Shown piece after piece: positions 1-9,892 of a stretch of 64,000 nt of DNA. The notes below the pieces were generated by a model, which was given only the letters and a program-made list of their open reading frames with translations, did no database searches and was not told where the DNA came from. The stretch lies in contig OY762964.1 of assembly GCA_963667035.1 (NCBI GenBank), forward strand, positions 864,001 to 928,000, written 5' to 3'. Position 1 is the first letter of the stretch, and every line of letters starts with the position of its first letter. The DNA is from Candidatus Cloacimonadales bacterium (lineage in GTDB: Bacteria; Cloacimonadota; Cloacimonadia; Cloacimonadales; JAFGVF01). The position numbers and the translations under genes were made by a program.

Positions 1-351
1 GTTCAGCAGTTGCTCTATAGAACCATGGGAGAGTTGGCTACAAAGGATAAGGAGTTTAAGGCTCTAATCAAAGCTGAAGAGGTTGAGAGAATCACTGAAT
101 ATGTCCATAAACTGGAATCTGAAGTTCAGCTTACAGGATTTGTTAAAACTGGTCGTACCATTCAATCTGCTAAGCTTGATATTTGTAGAGCTATAGTAAG
201 AAGAGGGGAGAGAAGAATTCTTGAACTTAACGATATAGAGGAAGTGAGTGAGCAGTTAAAGAAACTTGTTAACAGATTGTCGGATTTATTTTTTATTTTA
301 GCAAGATTCGAAGAGAAAAGATTGAATAAATTAGAATATAAGACACTGTGA
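1..351 (+). CDS. PduO-type cob(I)alamin adenosyltransferase, 5'-truncated by window edge
   Basis: Motifs [14 protein letters not shown] and [13 protein letters not shown]. Confidence 0.8.
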   Translation, partial: VQQLLYRTMGELATKDKEFKALIKAEEVERITEYVHKLESEVQLTGFVKTGRTIQSAKLDICRAIVRRGERRILELNDIEEVSEQLKKLVNRLSDLFFILARFEEKRLNKLEYKTL

Positions 352-362
352 TAGGAGATCGA

Positions 363-1109
363 ATGTATAAATTAGTGTTGTTAAGACATGGTCAGTCGAT
401 GTGGAATTTAGAGAATAAGTTTACGGGATGGACAGATGTAGACCTTTCTGAACAAGGAGTTAGAGAAGCAAAACAAGCTGGTGAGTTAATGAAGGAAGCC
501 GGTTTGACTTTTGATATTGCTTTTACTTCTGTTCTCAAAAGAGCAATCAAGACATTATGGTTTGCTCTTGATGGGATGGATTTACAATGGATACCCGTTA
601 ATAAGGCTTGGGAGTTAAATGAACGCCATTATGGAGCGTTACAAGGTTTAAACAAATCCGAAACAGCTGAGAAATTTGGTGACGACCAGGTTCTTGTTTG
701 GAGAAGAAGTTATGATACTCCACCTCCTGAATTAACAAAAGATGACGAACGATATGCCGGTCATGAAGCTAAGTATTCAAAATTACTTGAAGAGGATTTA
801 CCACTTACTGAATGTCTTAAGGATACTGTTGCAAGAGTGATCCCATATTTTGAAAGTAAGATAGCTCCATATATTAAAGATGGTAGAAATATTATTGTTA
901 CAGCTCATGGTAACAGTCTTCGAGCCTTAGTGAAATATCTTGATAATATAAGTGACGAAGATATTATAAATCTTAACATCCCAACAGGAATTCCATTAGT
1001 ATATGAATTGAATGAAGATCTTAAGCCTATAAAGAATTACTATTTAGGAGACCAAGAAGCCATAAAGAAAGCTCAAGAGCAAGTTGCTAACCAAGGTAAA
1101 TCAAAATAA
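363..1109 (+). CDS. gpmA: 2,3-BPG-dependent phosphoglycerate mutase
   Basis: LLRHGQS, LNERHYG and AHGNSLR motifs; AGGAG RBS before ATG 363. Confidence 0.97.
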   Translation: MYKLVLLRHGQSMWNLENKFTGWTDVDLSEQGVREAKQAGELMKEAGLTFDIAFTSVLKRAIKTLWFALDGMDLQWIPVNKAWELNERHYGALQGLNKSETAEKFGDDQVLVWRRSYDTPPPELTKDDERYAGHEAKYSKLLEEDLPLTECLKDTVARVIPYFESKIAPYIKDGRNIIVTAHGNSLRALVKYLDNISDEDIINLNIPTGIPLVYELNEDLKPIKNYYLGDQEAIKKAQEQVANQGKSK

Positions 1110-1126
1110 TTGTGAACATACATATT

Positions 1127-1152
1127 AAGCCTGCTGTTTAGCAGGCTTTTTT
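1127..1152 (+). terminator. Intrinsic terminator after gpmA
   Basis: AAGCCTGCT-gttt-AGCAGGCTT followed by a T run. Confidence 0.85.
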
Positions 1153-1220
1153 AGGTTATATACTTTAACACATTTTTAATTTGACAGAAAGATAACATTC
1201 AATCGAATAGCATATAATTG

Positions 1221-1278
1221 ATTAGCGGCGATTTTCGCAGTTTGCTCCGCTATATAAATTTGCTAAAGTGTGCGAATA
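1221..1278 (+). ncRNA. SAM-II/SAM-V-like riboswitch aptamer
   Basis: P1 TAGCGG(1223-28)/CCGCTA(1247-52); GATTT, TTGC, ATAAAT and GCTAAA motifs in SAM-II order; TTCGCA/TGCGAA pseudoknot arm; lies upstream of metK. Confidence 0.75.
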
Positions 1279-1284
1279 TTTTTT

Positions 1285-1316
1285 GCCGACTTTAGCAACT
1301 TAAAGTCGGCTTTTTT
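1285..1316 (+). terminator. Attenuator terminator of the metK leader
   Basis: GCCGACTTTA/TAAAGTCGGC plus T6; alternative pairing TTGCTAAAGT(1260-69)/ACTTTAGCAA(1289-98). Confidence 0.85.
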
Positions 1317-1343
1317 ATTTATAAAATATAAGGAGGTCCTATA

Positions 1344-2513
1344 ATGAGTAAGGACGTGATGAATAAACCCGGAAGCTTTATTTTTACTTCCGAGTCTGTA
1401 TCTGAAGGACATCCGGACAAGGTCTGTGATCAAATTTCAGATGCGATTTTAGATGCCTATCTGACTGTTGATCCTCAAGCTCATGTTGCCTGTGAGACTT
1501 TGGCAACTGAAAATCAGATTGTTCTAGCTGGAGAAATTAGTGCTAATAGTGAACTTGATATTGAATCTATTGTAAGAAAAGAAATAGAGAAGATTGGATA
1601 TACTAAAACCGGAAAAGGTTTTGACCATAATTCAAAAATCCTTAATTTGTTACATTCTCAAGAGGGAGCATTAAAGGATAACGCAGATATCCAAGGAGCT
1701 GGTGATCAGGGTTTGATGTTTGGATATGCTTGTCATCAAACAAAACAACTTATGCCAATACCAATTCTTATGGCTCATAAACTTGTTTTGAAATTAGCTC
1801 AGCTCAGGAAAGATAATACTTTAGAATACCTGATGCCGGATGCTAAATCTCAAGTGTCTATGCGTTATGAACATAGAAATGCCGTTAATTTGGAATCTCT
1901 CATTATATCAACTCATCATCAACCTAAATCTGCTACCGAGTTTGAAGAGATGAAAGCTGAGATTTTAAGACTAGTTGTAGAACCTGTAATAATAGATGTT
2001 TTGCAAGAAAGCAGAAGAGAATTCAGTTATAATCTAAGTAAGTATGAGATAAATCCTTTAGGTATGTGGGAAGATGGTGGTCCGGCTTTTGATACCGGAT
2101 TAACAGGCCGTAAAATTATTGTTGATACATATGGTGGATGGGGAAGACACGGTGGTGGTGCTTTCTCAGGTAAAGATGCTACAAAAGTTGACAGAAGTGC
2201 TTGCTACATGGCTAGACACATAGCAAAGAGTATTGTCGCTTCTGAGATAGCTGAAGAGTGTGAAGTACAGTTTGGTTTCATTATTGGTGAACCACAGCCG
2301 GTATCAGTAATGATTGATACTTTTGGAACCGGTGATGTCCCTGAAGAAGTACTAGTAGAGCATGTTAGAAAGAACTTCGACCTTTCGGTTAAAGGAATTA
2401 TTGATTACCTTGAACTGAGGAAACCAATCTATAATCAAACTGCCTCTTACGGGCATTTCGGTAGAGATGACATTGAGTTACCTTGGGAGAAGGTTGTTCA
2501 GTTGAAGGTTTAA
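1344..2513 (+). CDS. metK: S-adenosylmethionine synthetase
   Basis: FTSESVSEGHPDK, GAGDQG and GGGAFSGKD motifs; AAGGAGG RBS. Confidence 0.98.
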   Translation: MSKDVMNKPGSFIFTSESVSEGHPDKVCDQISDAILDAYLTVDPQAHVACETLATENQIVLAGEISANSELDIESIVRKEIEKIGYTKTGKGFDHNSKILNLLHSQEGALKDNADIQGAGDQGLMFGYACHQTKQLMPIPILMAHKLVLKLAQLRKDNTLEYLMPDAKSQVSMRYEHRNAVNLESLIISTHHQPKSATEFEEMKAEILRLVVEPVIIDVLQESRREFSYNLSKYEINPLGMWEDGGPAFDTGLTGRKIIVDTYGGWGRHGGGAFSGKDATKVDRSACYMARHIAKSIVASEIAEECEVQFGFIIGEPQPVSVMIDTFGTGDVPEEVLVEHVRKNFDLSVKGIIDYLELRKPIYNQTASYGHFGRDDIELPWEKVVQLKV

Positions 2514-2532
2514 TACAAATTGATGAATAGAT

Positions 2533-2561
2533 AAAGGTTGCTGAGTTTCAGCAACCTTTTT
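2533..2561. terminator. Terminator between convergent metK and EamA gene
   Basis: AAAGGTTGCTGA/TCAGCAACCTTT plus T run. Confidence 0.85.
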
Positions 2562-2586
2562 CATATATTCAAACACTAAATTAGTC

Positions 2587-3453
2587 TCAATCTTTGTTGT
2601 TAATAGAGGTTTGTTTACTACCAATTTGAGCAATAAAACCAATGCAGATAATCGCAACTCCTACCAGAAATCTTGGAGCACTTAGAGTTTCCTTAAATAT
2701 TATCGTTGAAGCTAGAATCGCTAACGGAATCTTCATATTGTTCATAATCGCAAGTGTGCCAATACCGGTTTTTCTTGCTCCAAGGTTCCATAAAAAGAAA
2801 CTCAATCCGCTTGCTACTGCACCTAAATATATAATAGATAAGATCTGAGCACTATTAAGAGTAAAGCTTATCTCGTGTACATGAAAAAGCATACTAAGAC
2901 CTGCAATTAATGTACCTCCCAAATAAAGCAAAGCAAATGAGTTTACATCCTTCTCAACATTCCTTTTCTTGCAGAAGTATTTATAGCCAACCTGTCCAAG
3001 TGCAAATGAGAGGTTGGAAGCTTGCACTAATAAGAATCCTGTTAAAAAGAAGCTGAACTCCTTATCCGGAAGCTTAAGAATCAGACCGCCCAGTACTGCT
3101 AGGATAGCTGTTACAAGGTTACGCCATCTAAACTTATGTTTTAACAAATCTGCAATCAAAGAAACAAAGATAGGAGTCGTAATGGTAAATACAGATACTT
3201 GCCAGGCAGGAAGAAATTGAAATGCCTTCAAATAAAAGATATACATTAACCCAAATTGTATTGCTCCTAACGCAATTAAGAAACATGCATCTTTAAAGCT
3301 GGTTCTCCTCAATTTTAACAAAGGTAAAAAGAATATGAAAGAAATACCTATTCTTAGAGTTGATAAGTAGTAAGGATTGACATCACCTAGATATGTCTTG
3401 ATAAGTCCGAATGAAAATGCCCATATAAATGACACTATCCATAGATAAATCAC
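2587..3453 (-). CDS. EamA/DMT family transporter
   Basis: About 10 hydrophobic segments; WAFSFGLIK start; two EamA-like halves. Confidence 0.88.
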   Translation of the reverse strand: MIYLWIVSFIWAFSFGLIKTYLGDVNPYYLSTLRIGISFIFFLPLLKLRRTSFKDACFLIALGAIQFGLMYIFYLKAFQFLPAWQVSVFTITTPIFVSLIADLLKHKFRWRNLVTAILAVLGGLILKLPDKEFSFFLTGFLLVQASNLSFALGQVGYKYFCKKRNVEKDVNSFALLYLGGTLIAGLSMLFHVHEISFTLNSAQILSIIYLGAVASGLSFFLWNLGARKTGIGTLAIMNNMKIPLAILASTIIFKETLSAPRFLVGVAIICIGFIAQIGSKQTSINNKD

Positions 3454-3542
3454 TTGTTTCTCCTAACACCAATAGTTAGGAGTCAAAATCATGAAAACAG
3501 GTTTAATTGCAAGTTATTTAGAATACAAGATATTGCATATAT

Positions 3543-3576
3543 AAAAAAGACTGTATAGATATAAAACTATACAGTC
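3543..3576 (-). terminator. Terminator after purH
   Basis: GACTGTATAG/CTATACAGTC with an A run on the + strand (U tail on the - strand). Confidence 0.75.
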
Positions 3577-3596
3577 CGATATAAATATATAATCAA

Positions 3597-5141
3597 TTAA
3601 TGACGGAAATGTCTCATTCCGGTCATAATCATAGTTATGCCATATTCATTGCATGCTTCGATACATTCGGGATCACCTTTAGAACCGCCCGGTTGAATAA
3701 TGGCAGTAATGCCTAATTCATGCATAGCATCGATGCTATCTCTAAACGGGAAAAATCCGTCTGAAGCACAAACAGAACCTTTAATCTCAAGTCCAAACTT
3801 TTTAGCTTTACTAATTGCTATCTCAGTTGAATCGATTCTGGAGGTCTGTCCTATACCAAGACCTATTGTTCTGTCGTTCTTAGTGAAGCAAACAGCATTT
3901 GATTTTAAGGTTGCCACTGTATTCCAACCAAACTCAAGAGCTTCCATTTCCTCTTCTGTAGGCTTTCTATCAGTAGCTATTATCCAGTTTTCTTTACTAT
4001 CTTTAGCATAGTCAAGATCCTGACTCAAATACCCATCTAGACATGATACTGTATACTTGCTATTTAACAAGCGTTTAAGGTTTTCTTGAGAGTAAGTGAG
4101 AAGTCTACGATTTTTCTTTCTCCTAAGTTTATCCAAAGCCTCTTCACTGTAAGACGGGGCAATAATAATTTCTGTGAATACCTTGTTTATTGCTTCAGCA
4201 CCGGCAAGAGTCATTTCTCTGTTAGTTATAACGATACCTCCAAATGGTGAGAGTGTATCAGTAGCTAATGCCTTAGCATGTGCTTCTTCAATTGTCTCTC
4301 CCGTCGCAATTCCGCAAGGATTAGTATGCTTTAGAATAGCAACACAGCATTTATCGTTAAATCTGGAGATTAGTTTCAGAGCTGCATCAATATCAATGAA
4401 GTTGTTATATGAAAGTGCTTTACCATGGAACACTTCTACTATCTGTTCTTTGTTTCTTGAATAGTAACCTGCAGATTGATGAGGATTTTCTCCGTATCTT
4501 AACTCCTTATTCAATGGAGTGGATATCTGCAAATATCCTTTAATTGAATCTTCATTCCTGCTGCTGAAGTAATTACTGATAAGGCTATCATAATCAGCTG
4601 TATGTCTAAATGTTTTAAAGGCAAGGTATTCTCTTGTTTTGAGAGTAGTACATCCTTCCTCTTTTAATTCTTCTAAGACTTTGTCATAATCTATCGGATC
4701 GGTAATTACAGTTACATCATTATAATTTTTTGCTGCAGAGCGTAGCATTGTGGGTCCGCCAATATCGATATTCTCAATAATGAGTTCATGACTTGAATCA
4801 GGATTTGTTACTGTTTGCTCAAATGGATATAGATTAACTACAACCATATCTATCATTGTAATTTCGAGTTCTTCAGCTTCTTTTACATGACTCTCGACAG
4901 ACCTATTCGCCAGTATACCACCATGAATAAACGGATTAAGAGTTTTTACTCTCCCATCCATAATCTCAGGAAATCCGGTAACGTCAGTGACTTTGATGAC
5001 ATCAATTCCGGATTCTTTTAGTAGTTTATGGGTTCCACCTGTTGAAATGATTTCATAATCAAGTTCGGTTAACGCTTTTGCAAATTCTACAATTCCACTT
5101 TTATCAGATACACTAATCAGAGCTCTTCTTTTCTTCTTCAT
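3597..5141 (-). CDS. purH: Bifunctional AICAR transformylase/IMP cyclohydrolase
   Basis: ALISVSDK, IDIGGPTM, LRYGENPHQ and ASDGFFPF motifs. Confidence 0.98.
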   Translation of the reverse strand: MKKKRRALISVSDKSGIVEFAKALTELDYEIISTGGTHKLLKESGIDVIKVTDVTGFPEIMDGRVKTLNPFIHGGILANRSVESHVKEAEELEITMIDMVVVNLYPFEQTVTNPDSSHELIIENIDIGGPTMLRSAAKNYNDVTVITDPIDYDKVLEELKEEGCTTLKTREYLAFKTFRHTADYDSLISNYFSSRNEDSIKGYLQISTPLNKELRYGENPHQSAGYYSRNKEQIVEVFHGKALSYNNFIDIDAALKLISRFNDKCCVAILKHTNPCGIATGETIEEAHAKALATDTLSPFGGIVITNREMTLAGAEAINKVFTEIIIAPSYSEEALDKLRRKKNRRLLTYSQENLKRLLNSKYTVSCLDGYLSQDLDYAKDSKENWIIATDRKPTEEEMEALEFGWNTVATLKSNAVCFTKNDRTIGLGIGQTSRIDSTEIAISKAKKFGLEIKGSVCASDGFFPFRDSIDAMHELGITAIIQPGGSKGDPECIEACNEYGITMIMTGMRHFRH

Positions 5142-6147
5142 TCTCTTTAATCAATTCCTTTATTATTTCTTTTAATTCAATTTTATTGATATCTTTACTT
5201 ATCTTTGTGTAAGTTTGTTTGTTTATAGGTATTTTTACTTCAATAGAAGCAGTTTCAGTTTCTTGTACACAATCAATGGAAGGTAGATGCTCCATAATAG
5301 ATACAAGAACAATTCCACTCAAAATGATAAACCAATTAATGTAGACCCATAAAAGAAATATTGGAATAGAAGCCAGAACTCCGTAAGATATCTGAATGCT
5401 GGTTAGATTATTAATATACCAGTCGAAACCAAGTTTTACAATGAACCAGACAAATGCCGTTACCGTAGCTGATTTAGCTATGGACTTGATTCTCATGTTT
5501 CCGGTAGGAACAAAGAAATATAGAAATGCTACTAATAGGAATTCAATCATTATTGGATACAGATAAGTAGCAAACTTTTGGATTAGGGTGTTCTTAGTAA
5601 AACTATTTAGCACAGGAGCTGAAATGGCTGTAAAAAGTATTAGTATGATTAAGAAACCAAAGAAGATAGTTCCAAAGAATTTCAACAGATTGAAAATGAA
5701 GTCGTTACTTTTTTCTTCTTTAACTCTAAGTATCCTATCAAAAACAGTATTAATGCCGTTGAAAAGGGAATAGGACGTTATAATAAAGAGTATGAAGTTA
5801 AAGAAGCTGAAAGAGGTCGTCTTTGAAAGTAACTGAGTAATGAAATCGCCTAAAGTCTCAGCAGACTGTGGCAAGAAGAAGTTTTTAAGGAAAGAATCGA
5901 GTACTTCATTAAAGTTAAAAAACGGCAAATCAGGAAGCATCATCACAATAAATATAATGAACGGAACAAATCCTAAAAACGTTATGTAGCTTAATGAAGC
6001 CGCTTCCGAGAAGATTTTATCTTCGTTAATACGTTTCCAGAATAGCTTCACAGAAGCCACTATTGAACTAAATGCTTGTTTTCTATACGCAGTACTATTG
6101 AAGAAGTTTTTTAGTTGTATGAAGAAGTTCTTATTACTTCTACTCAT
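5113..6147 (-). CDS. YihY/BrkB family membrane protein
   Basis: AASLSYITFLGFVP and YGVLASIPIFLLWVY motifs. Confidence 0.88.
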   Translation of the reverse strand: MSRSNKNFFIQLKNFFNSTAYRKQAFSSIVASVKLFWKRINEDKIFSEAASLSYITFLGFVPFIIFIVMMLPDLPFFNFNEVLDSFLKNFFLPQSAETLGDFITQLLSKTTSFSFFNFILFIITSYSLFNGINTVFDRILRVKEEKSNDFIFNLLKFFGTIFFGFLIILILFTAISAPVLNSFTKNTLIQKFATYLYPIMIEFLLVAFLYFFVPTGNMRIKSIAKSATVTAFVWFIVKLGFDWYINNLTSIQISYGVLASIPIFLLWVYINWFIILSGIVLVSIMEHLPSIDCVQETETASIEVKIPINKQTYTKISKDINKIELKEIIKELIKENEEEKKSSD

Positions 6148-7375
6148 ACCTTAAAGCCTTTACCGGATCGAGATTACTTGCTCGTACAGCCGGGAAAATT
6201 CCAAATATAAAGCCTATCCCAACTGATACTAATAAAGCCGAAAGTACCATTGATTCAGAGGCAATAGCTTTCATCTGAAGGAAATTACTAACCAAGTCGA
6301 GTATGGATAATCCTCCGATAACTCCCAGAACACCACCAATAGTTGTAATAATAATTGTTTGGATTAGGAATTGAAGGAAAATATCAAATCTTCTTGCTCC
6401 AACCGAAAGTCGAACACCTATTTCTCTAGTTCTTTCTTGGATAGTGGCTAACATTATATTCATAATAACAATTCCACCTACTAGCAATGAAATTGCTGCC
6501 ACAAGAAAGAAAATCATCTTCATAAGTTTAAAGCCGTCATCCGATTGATTTGAACTCTCAAAATTGGAGTCAACATTCATTAACTGCTTACCACGATTAA
6601 GATTAAGAATCATGTTGTTAAGTTTTTCTTTCAAAGCAACAGATTCCTCCGGTGAATTGGCTGTAACACCAATGTTCCAAACTCTGTCATCGGCTTTTTC
6701 TTTTATCAGCATAGTTGAAATCGGGATAAAGCTATTCCAGTTTTTCCATTCCATAGCATTATCACTTTGACCTTCACCTGCCCACCTGTTCTTCATATAT
6801 CTATGCTTCATTATTCCAACAACAAGATATTTTCTGCCATTTAGAGTAACTAACTTGTTTATGGCATCTTCATTACCAAACAGGGATTGTTTAACACTTG
6901 TTCCAAGCACAACCACATCGGTTTTCCTCTTTATATCCGTATCGGAGATAAATCTACCTTCTTGGACTGTCCATTGTTCGGCAATCTCATAGTCGGGATA
7001 TACACCAACCACATTTTTTCTCTCTGTCTTTGCTCCATTGCTAATCTTAGTCCACAAATCACTTGTAGGATTAAAAGCTTTTGCTTCCGGGCATTGTTCT
7101 CTCAGAAAATTAACTTGTGAAAGAGTTAAACTTTTATCATCCCAAGTATCATTTCTATCATATTCCCAATTAGGATAGATATTTATTTTGCTCAATCCAC
7201 CTGACTCCATCATCCATTCCATAGACATTTCTTTTACTCCGTTAACCAGAGCTAAAACAACGATGATGGACATTATCCCTAAAATAATACCAAATATTGT
7301 TATAAGACTTCTTACTTTTCTGGACCAGAAGTCAGCAAATCCGACTACAATTGATTGACTAAGTGAGAGAGCCAT
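6140..7375 (-). CDS. MacB/FtsX-like ABC permease
   Basis: RSLITIFGIILGI and IMNIMLATIQERTREIGVR motifs; LDPVKALRYE C-terminus. Confidence 0.92.
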   Translation of the reverse strand: MALSLSQSIVVGFADFWSRKVRSLITIFGIILGIMSIIVVLALVNGVKEMSMEWMMESGGLSKINIYPNWEYDRNDTWDDKSLTLSQVNFLREQCPEAKAFNPTSDLWTKISNGAKTERKNVVGVYPDYEIAEQWTVQEGRFISDTDIKRKTDVVVLGTSVKQSLFGNEDAINKLVTLNGRKYLVVGIMKHRYMKNRWAGEGQSDNAMEWKNWNSFIPISTMLIKEKADDRVWNIGVTANSPEESVALKEKLNNMILNLNRGKQLMNVDSNFESSNQSDDGFKLMKMIFFLVAAISLLVGGIVIMNIMLATIQERTREIGVRLSVGARRFDIFLQFLIQTIIITTIGGVLGVIGGLSILDLVSNFLQMKAIASESMVLSALLVSVGIGFIFGIFPAVRASNLDPVKALRYE

Positions 7376-8039
7376 CGACTATATACCCGTCTTTGATTGT
7401 AATAACTCTATCAGCTTGTTGAGCAACGAGGTTATCGTGGGTAACCATAACGATAGTGTTTCCCTGATCATGTAGGTTCTTAAATATGCCTAGTATGTCA
7501 CTACCTGATTGACTATCAAGATTACCTGTTGGTTCATCTGCAAGTATTAAAGCAGGTTGATTCACAATTGCTCTGGCAATGGCAACCCTTTGTCTCTGTC
7601 CACCGGATAACTCGGATGGCTTATGCTTTAATCTATCTTCTAAGCCGACATCTGTCAGAACTTTCTTAGCTAATTTTTTTCGCTTTCCTTTACTCAAGCC
7701 TGCATACATTAAAGGTAACTCAACATTCTTAAGAACAGATAGATGGGGAAGAAGATTAAAAGTCTGAAAGATAAACCCGATTTTATCGTTTCTGATTGTA
7801 GCCAGATGTTTCTTCTTCATCTTTGATATCGGGGTTTCGTCTAAGAAGTACTCTCCGCCGGAAGGAGTATCTAAACAGCCTAAAATGTGCATAAGAGTGC
7901 TTTTACCGGAACCTGACGGTCCCATAATTGCTACAAATTCACCTTTCTTAACGGTGAAATCTAAACCTTTAAGGGCGTTTACCGTAACTTTGCCCATTTT
8001 ATAGTCTTTAATGAGGGAGCTTGTTTTTATTATATCCAT
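7359..8039 (-). CDS. MacB/LolD-type ABC ATP-binding protein
   Basis: GPSGSGKST, LSGGQRQR and ILADEPTG motifs; likely start MDIIKT. Confidence 0.95.
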   Translation of the reverse strand: MDIIKTSSLIKDYKMGKVTVNALKGLDFTVKKGEFVAIMGPSGSGKSTLMHILGCLDTPSGGEYFLDETPISKMKKKHLATIRNDKIGFIFQTFNLLPHLSVLKNVELPLMYAGLSKGKRKKLAKKVLTDVGLEDRLKHKPSELSGGQRQRVAIARAIVNQPALILADEPTGNLDSQSGSDILGIFKNLHDQGNTIVMVTHDNLVAQQADRVITIKDGYIVDGSLT

Positions 8040-8214
8040 AACAATTCTCTTAATTTTATCTATTGTTAGTAATCTTCTGTAGGAATATTTGTCAATGTAA
8101 TTCAAGGTATACGCTACATTGATTATATTTATCTCCAACAGACTGCTTATAATGTTTCAGATAGAACTAATTATAATAACGAATATACTTATGGAAGTAA
8201 CATTATTAATGAAT

Positions 8215-8242
8215 AAAAAAAGCCCGGTTTTAAAACCGGGCT
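8215..8242 (-). terminator. Terminator after RRM gene
   Basis: AGCCCGGTTT/AAACCGGGCT with an A run on the + strand. Confidence 0.85.
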
Positions 8243-8267
8243 CATAAAGTGATAGCTCTAAAAGAAT

Positions 8268-8558
8268 CTAATATCTTCTACCGCCACCGTTACCGCCTCT
8301 GTAGCTGTTGTTACGTTCAGGACGTGGTCTTGCTTCGTTAACGGTTAGTGCACGGCCACTAAGTTCTTTGCCGTTCATCTCTTCGATTGCCTTTTTAGCA
8401 GCGTCAGCATCAGGCATTTCGATAAAACCGAAACCCTTTGATCTGCCGTCATGGTCTGTAATGATGCGAGCTGAGTCTACTGCACCATATGCTTCAAAAG
8501 CTTCTTGTAAGTCAGCTTCTGAAAGTCTGTAAGAAATATTTCCTACATAAATATTCAT
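8268..8558 (-). CDS. RRM RNA-binding protein with Gly/Arg tail
   Basis: RNP2 IYVGNI, RNP1 KGFGFIEM and VNEARPR. Confidence 0.96.
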   Translation of the reverse strand: MNIYVGNISYRLSEADLQEAFEAYGAVDSARIITDHDGRSKGFGFIEMPDADAAKKAIEEMNGKELSGRALTVNEARPRPERNNSYRGGNGGGRRY

Positions 8559-8797
8559 CTGGAAATCCTTGAATCTACCCGGTAATTATAATCATTAGGC
8601 AAATCCCGGGAGAAAGTTGCGTATGATGCCAACATATTCTGGTGAAGGCTCCGGCTCAACGTTGAAGGAATCAAAGGTGAGACACTACTATTACTCGAAT
8701 CAAATTTTCAATTCAATTTCATTCTTTTTAAGCCACAATCTTTTGTCAATATGATTATCTAAAAAATCTAATTTTTTTTTTCGGGGAATCAAAATCT

Positions 8798-9166
8798 CTA
8801 ACTTCCCATTATGTTGTTATTTAAGTTCTGCCTCACGGATTCCAGATTATCATTTGCTTTGGAAGGTAAGTTTTGTAGGAACTTTTCAAGCTCTTCACAT
8901 TTGTAGGAACTGCATAAAGCACAGTTGTCAACACCCCTTTTTATGGCACAATGTCGGATAGTACACTCTCCACAGAATCCAATTTGTACTCCGTCACTTT
9001 TACAACCTGAACAGCCTATGTCAGCCGGATCAATCTCCATACCGCTATTCTTTGACCAAATCTCTGCGAGCTTCTCTCGTAACTCATCATCATTGTTCAT
9101 TGTTGCTTTGTAAGCATCGCATTCGTAGCAATCCAATCCACAGTAAGCAAGTTTGCGATTCATCAT
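8798..9166 (-). CDS. DUF3795-like Cys-rich metal-binding protein
   Basis: AYCGLDCYEC, CSGC, CxxCxIRxCA and NCALC motifs. Confidence 0.85.
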   Translation of the reverse strand: MMNRKLAYCGLDCYECDAYKATMNNDDELREKLAEIWSKNSGMEIDPADIGCSGCKSDGVQIGFCGECTIRHCAIKRGVDNCALCSSYKCEELEKFLQNLPSKANDNLESVRQNLNNNIMGS

Positions 9167-9351
9167 ATCCCCTAGTATTCAGTTTCACTAAAACTGTAAG
9201 TTTGGATTTAATTGTCAAACATTAATCACTTGGAAGATAACAAGCATTAGGTTCTGATTGCAGTAACTTGTTATTACTTTATGGCTTAACATAGAATTTA
9301 AAACTTAAAATAAATGATCGAATCATGTGTTTATAGGCAAGTACTGGCAAA

Positions 9352-9379
9352 TAAAAAAAAACCGTTCAACTGAACGGTT
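9352..9379 (-). terminator. Terminator after the 59-aa ORF
   Basis: AACCGTTCA/TGAACGGTT with an A run on the + strand. Confidence 0.8.
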
Positions 9380-9403
9380 CAAAAAACTATATTATGGAAA
9401 AGC

Positions 9404-9583
9404 TTACTCAGCTAATTTCGCTCCATCTATGTTACGACAGTTTTTACAAACCTTTACAGTTTTTTCGCCTGCTTTAACTTCGTGGAGAAGCTTGATTCCT
9501 GTTCTTCCACAAGATGGACATTCACCTCTTGCTGAACCAGGAATTGTTTGTTTTAATAATTTACCACGGTGGTTCTTAGCCAT
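9404..9583 (-). CDS. 59-aa basic zinc-ribbon protein, possibly ribosomal bL38-like (not in ORF track)
   Basis: Translation MAKNHRGKLLKQTIPGSARGECPSCGRTGIKLLHEVKAGEKTVKVCKNCRNIDGAKLAE; AAGGAG RBS; own terminator. Confidence 0.85.
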   Translation of the reverse strand: MAKNHRGKLLKQTIPGSARGECPSCGRTGIKLLHEVKAGEKTVKVCKNCRNIDGAKLAE

Positions 9584-9892
9584 TAATATACTCCTTAAGT
9601 TTCTAACTATTTGCCCAACATTTTGATTAAGAGCTTTTTAGTCAAGAAGTTTGTGATAAAACGGTATTGTGCTATGCTTTAACTGTCTCTTATGGGGGTA
9701 TCTTATCTTAAACAAAGTCAATAGCGGTTTTAGTGTTACCATATTCATTATTTGATAAAAAAGACGATAAAGTATTGTAAGGATGAATCTCTTCACTTGG
9801 TAATGAAACACTTAACGTGATTTTGCTTTACAAATTCAACCGTTCTAATTTCTTGCAATCATAAGAAATACTATACTTTAAGGAGTCGTCTT

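Noticed and set aside
9327..9626. 99-aa plus-strand ORF
   Set aside because: It is the antisense shadow of the 59-aa minus-strand gene, which has an RBS and a terminator.
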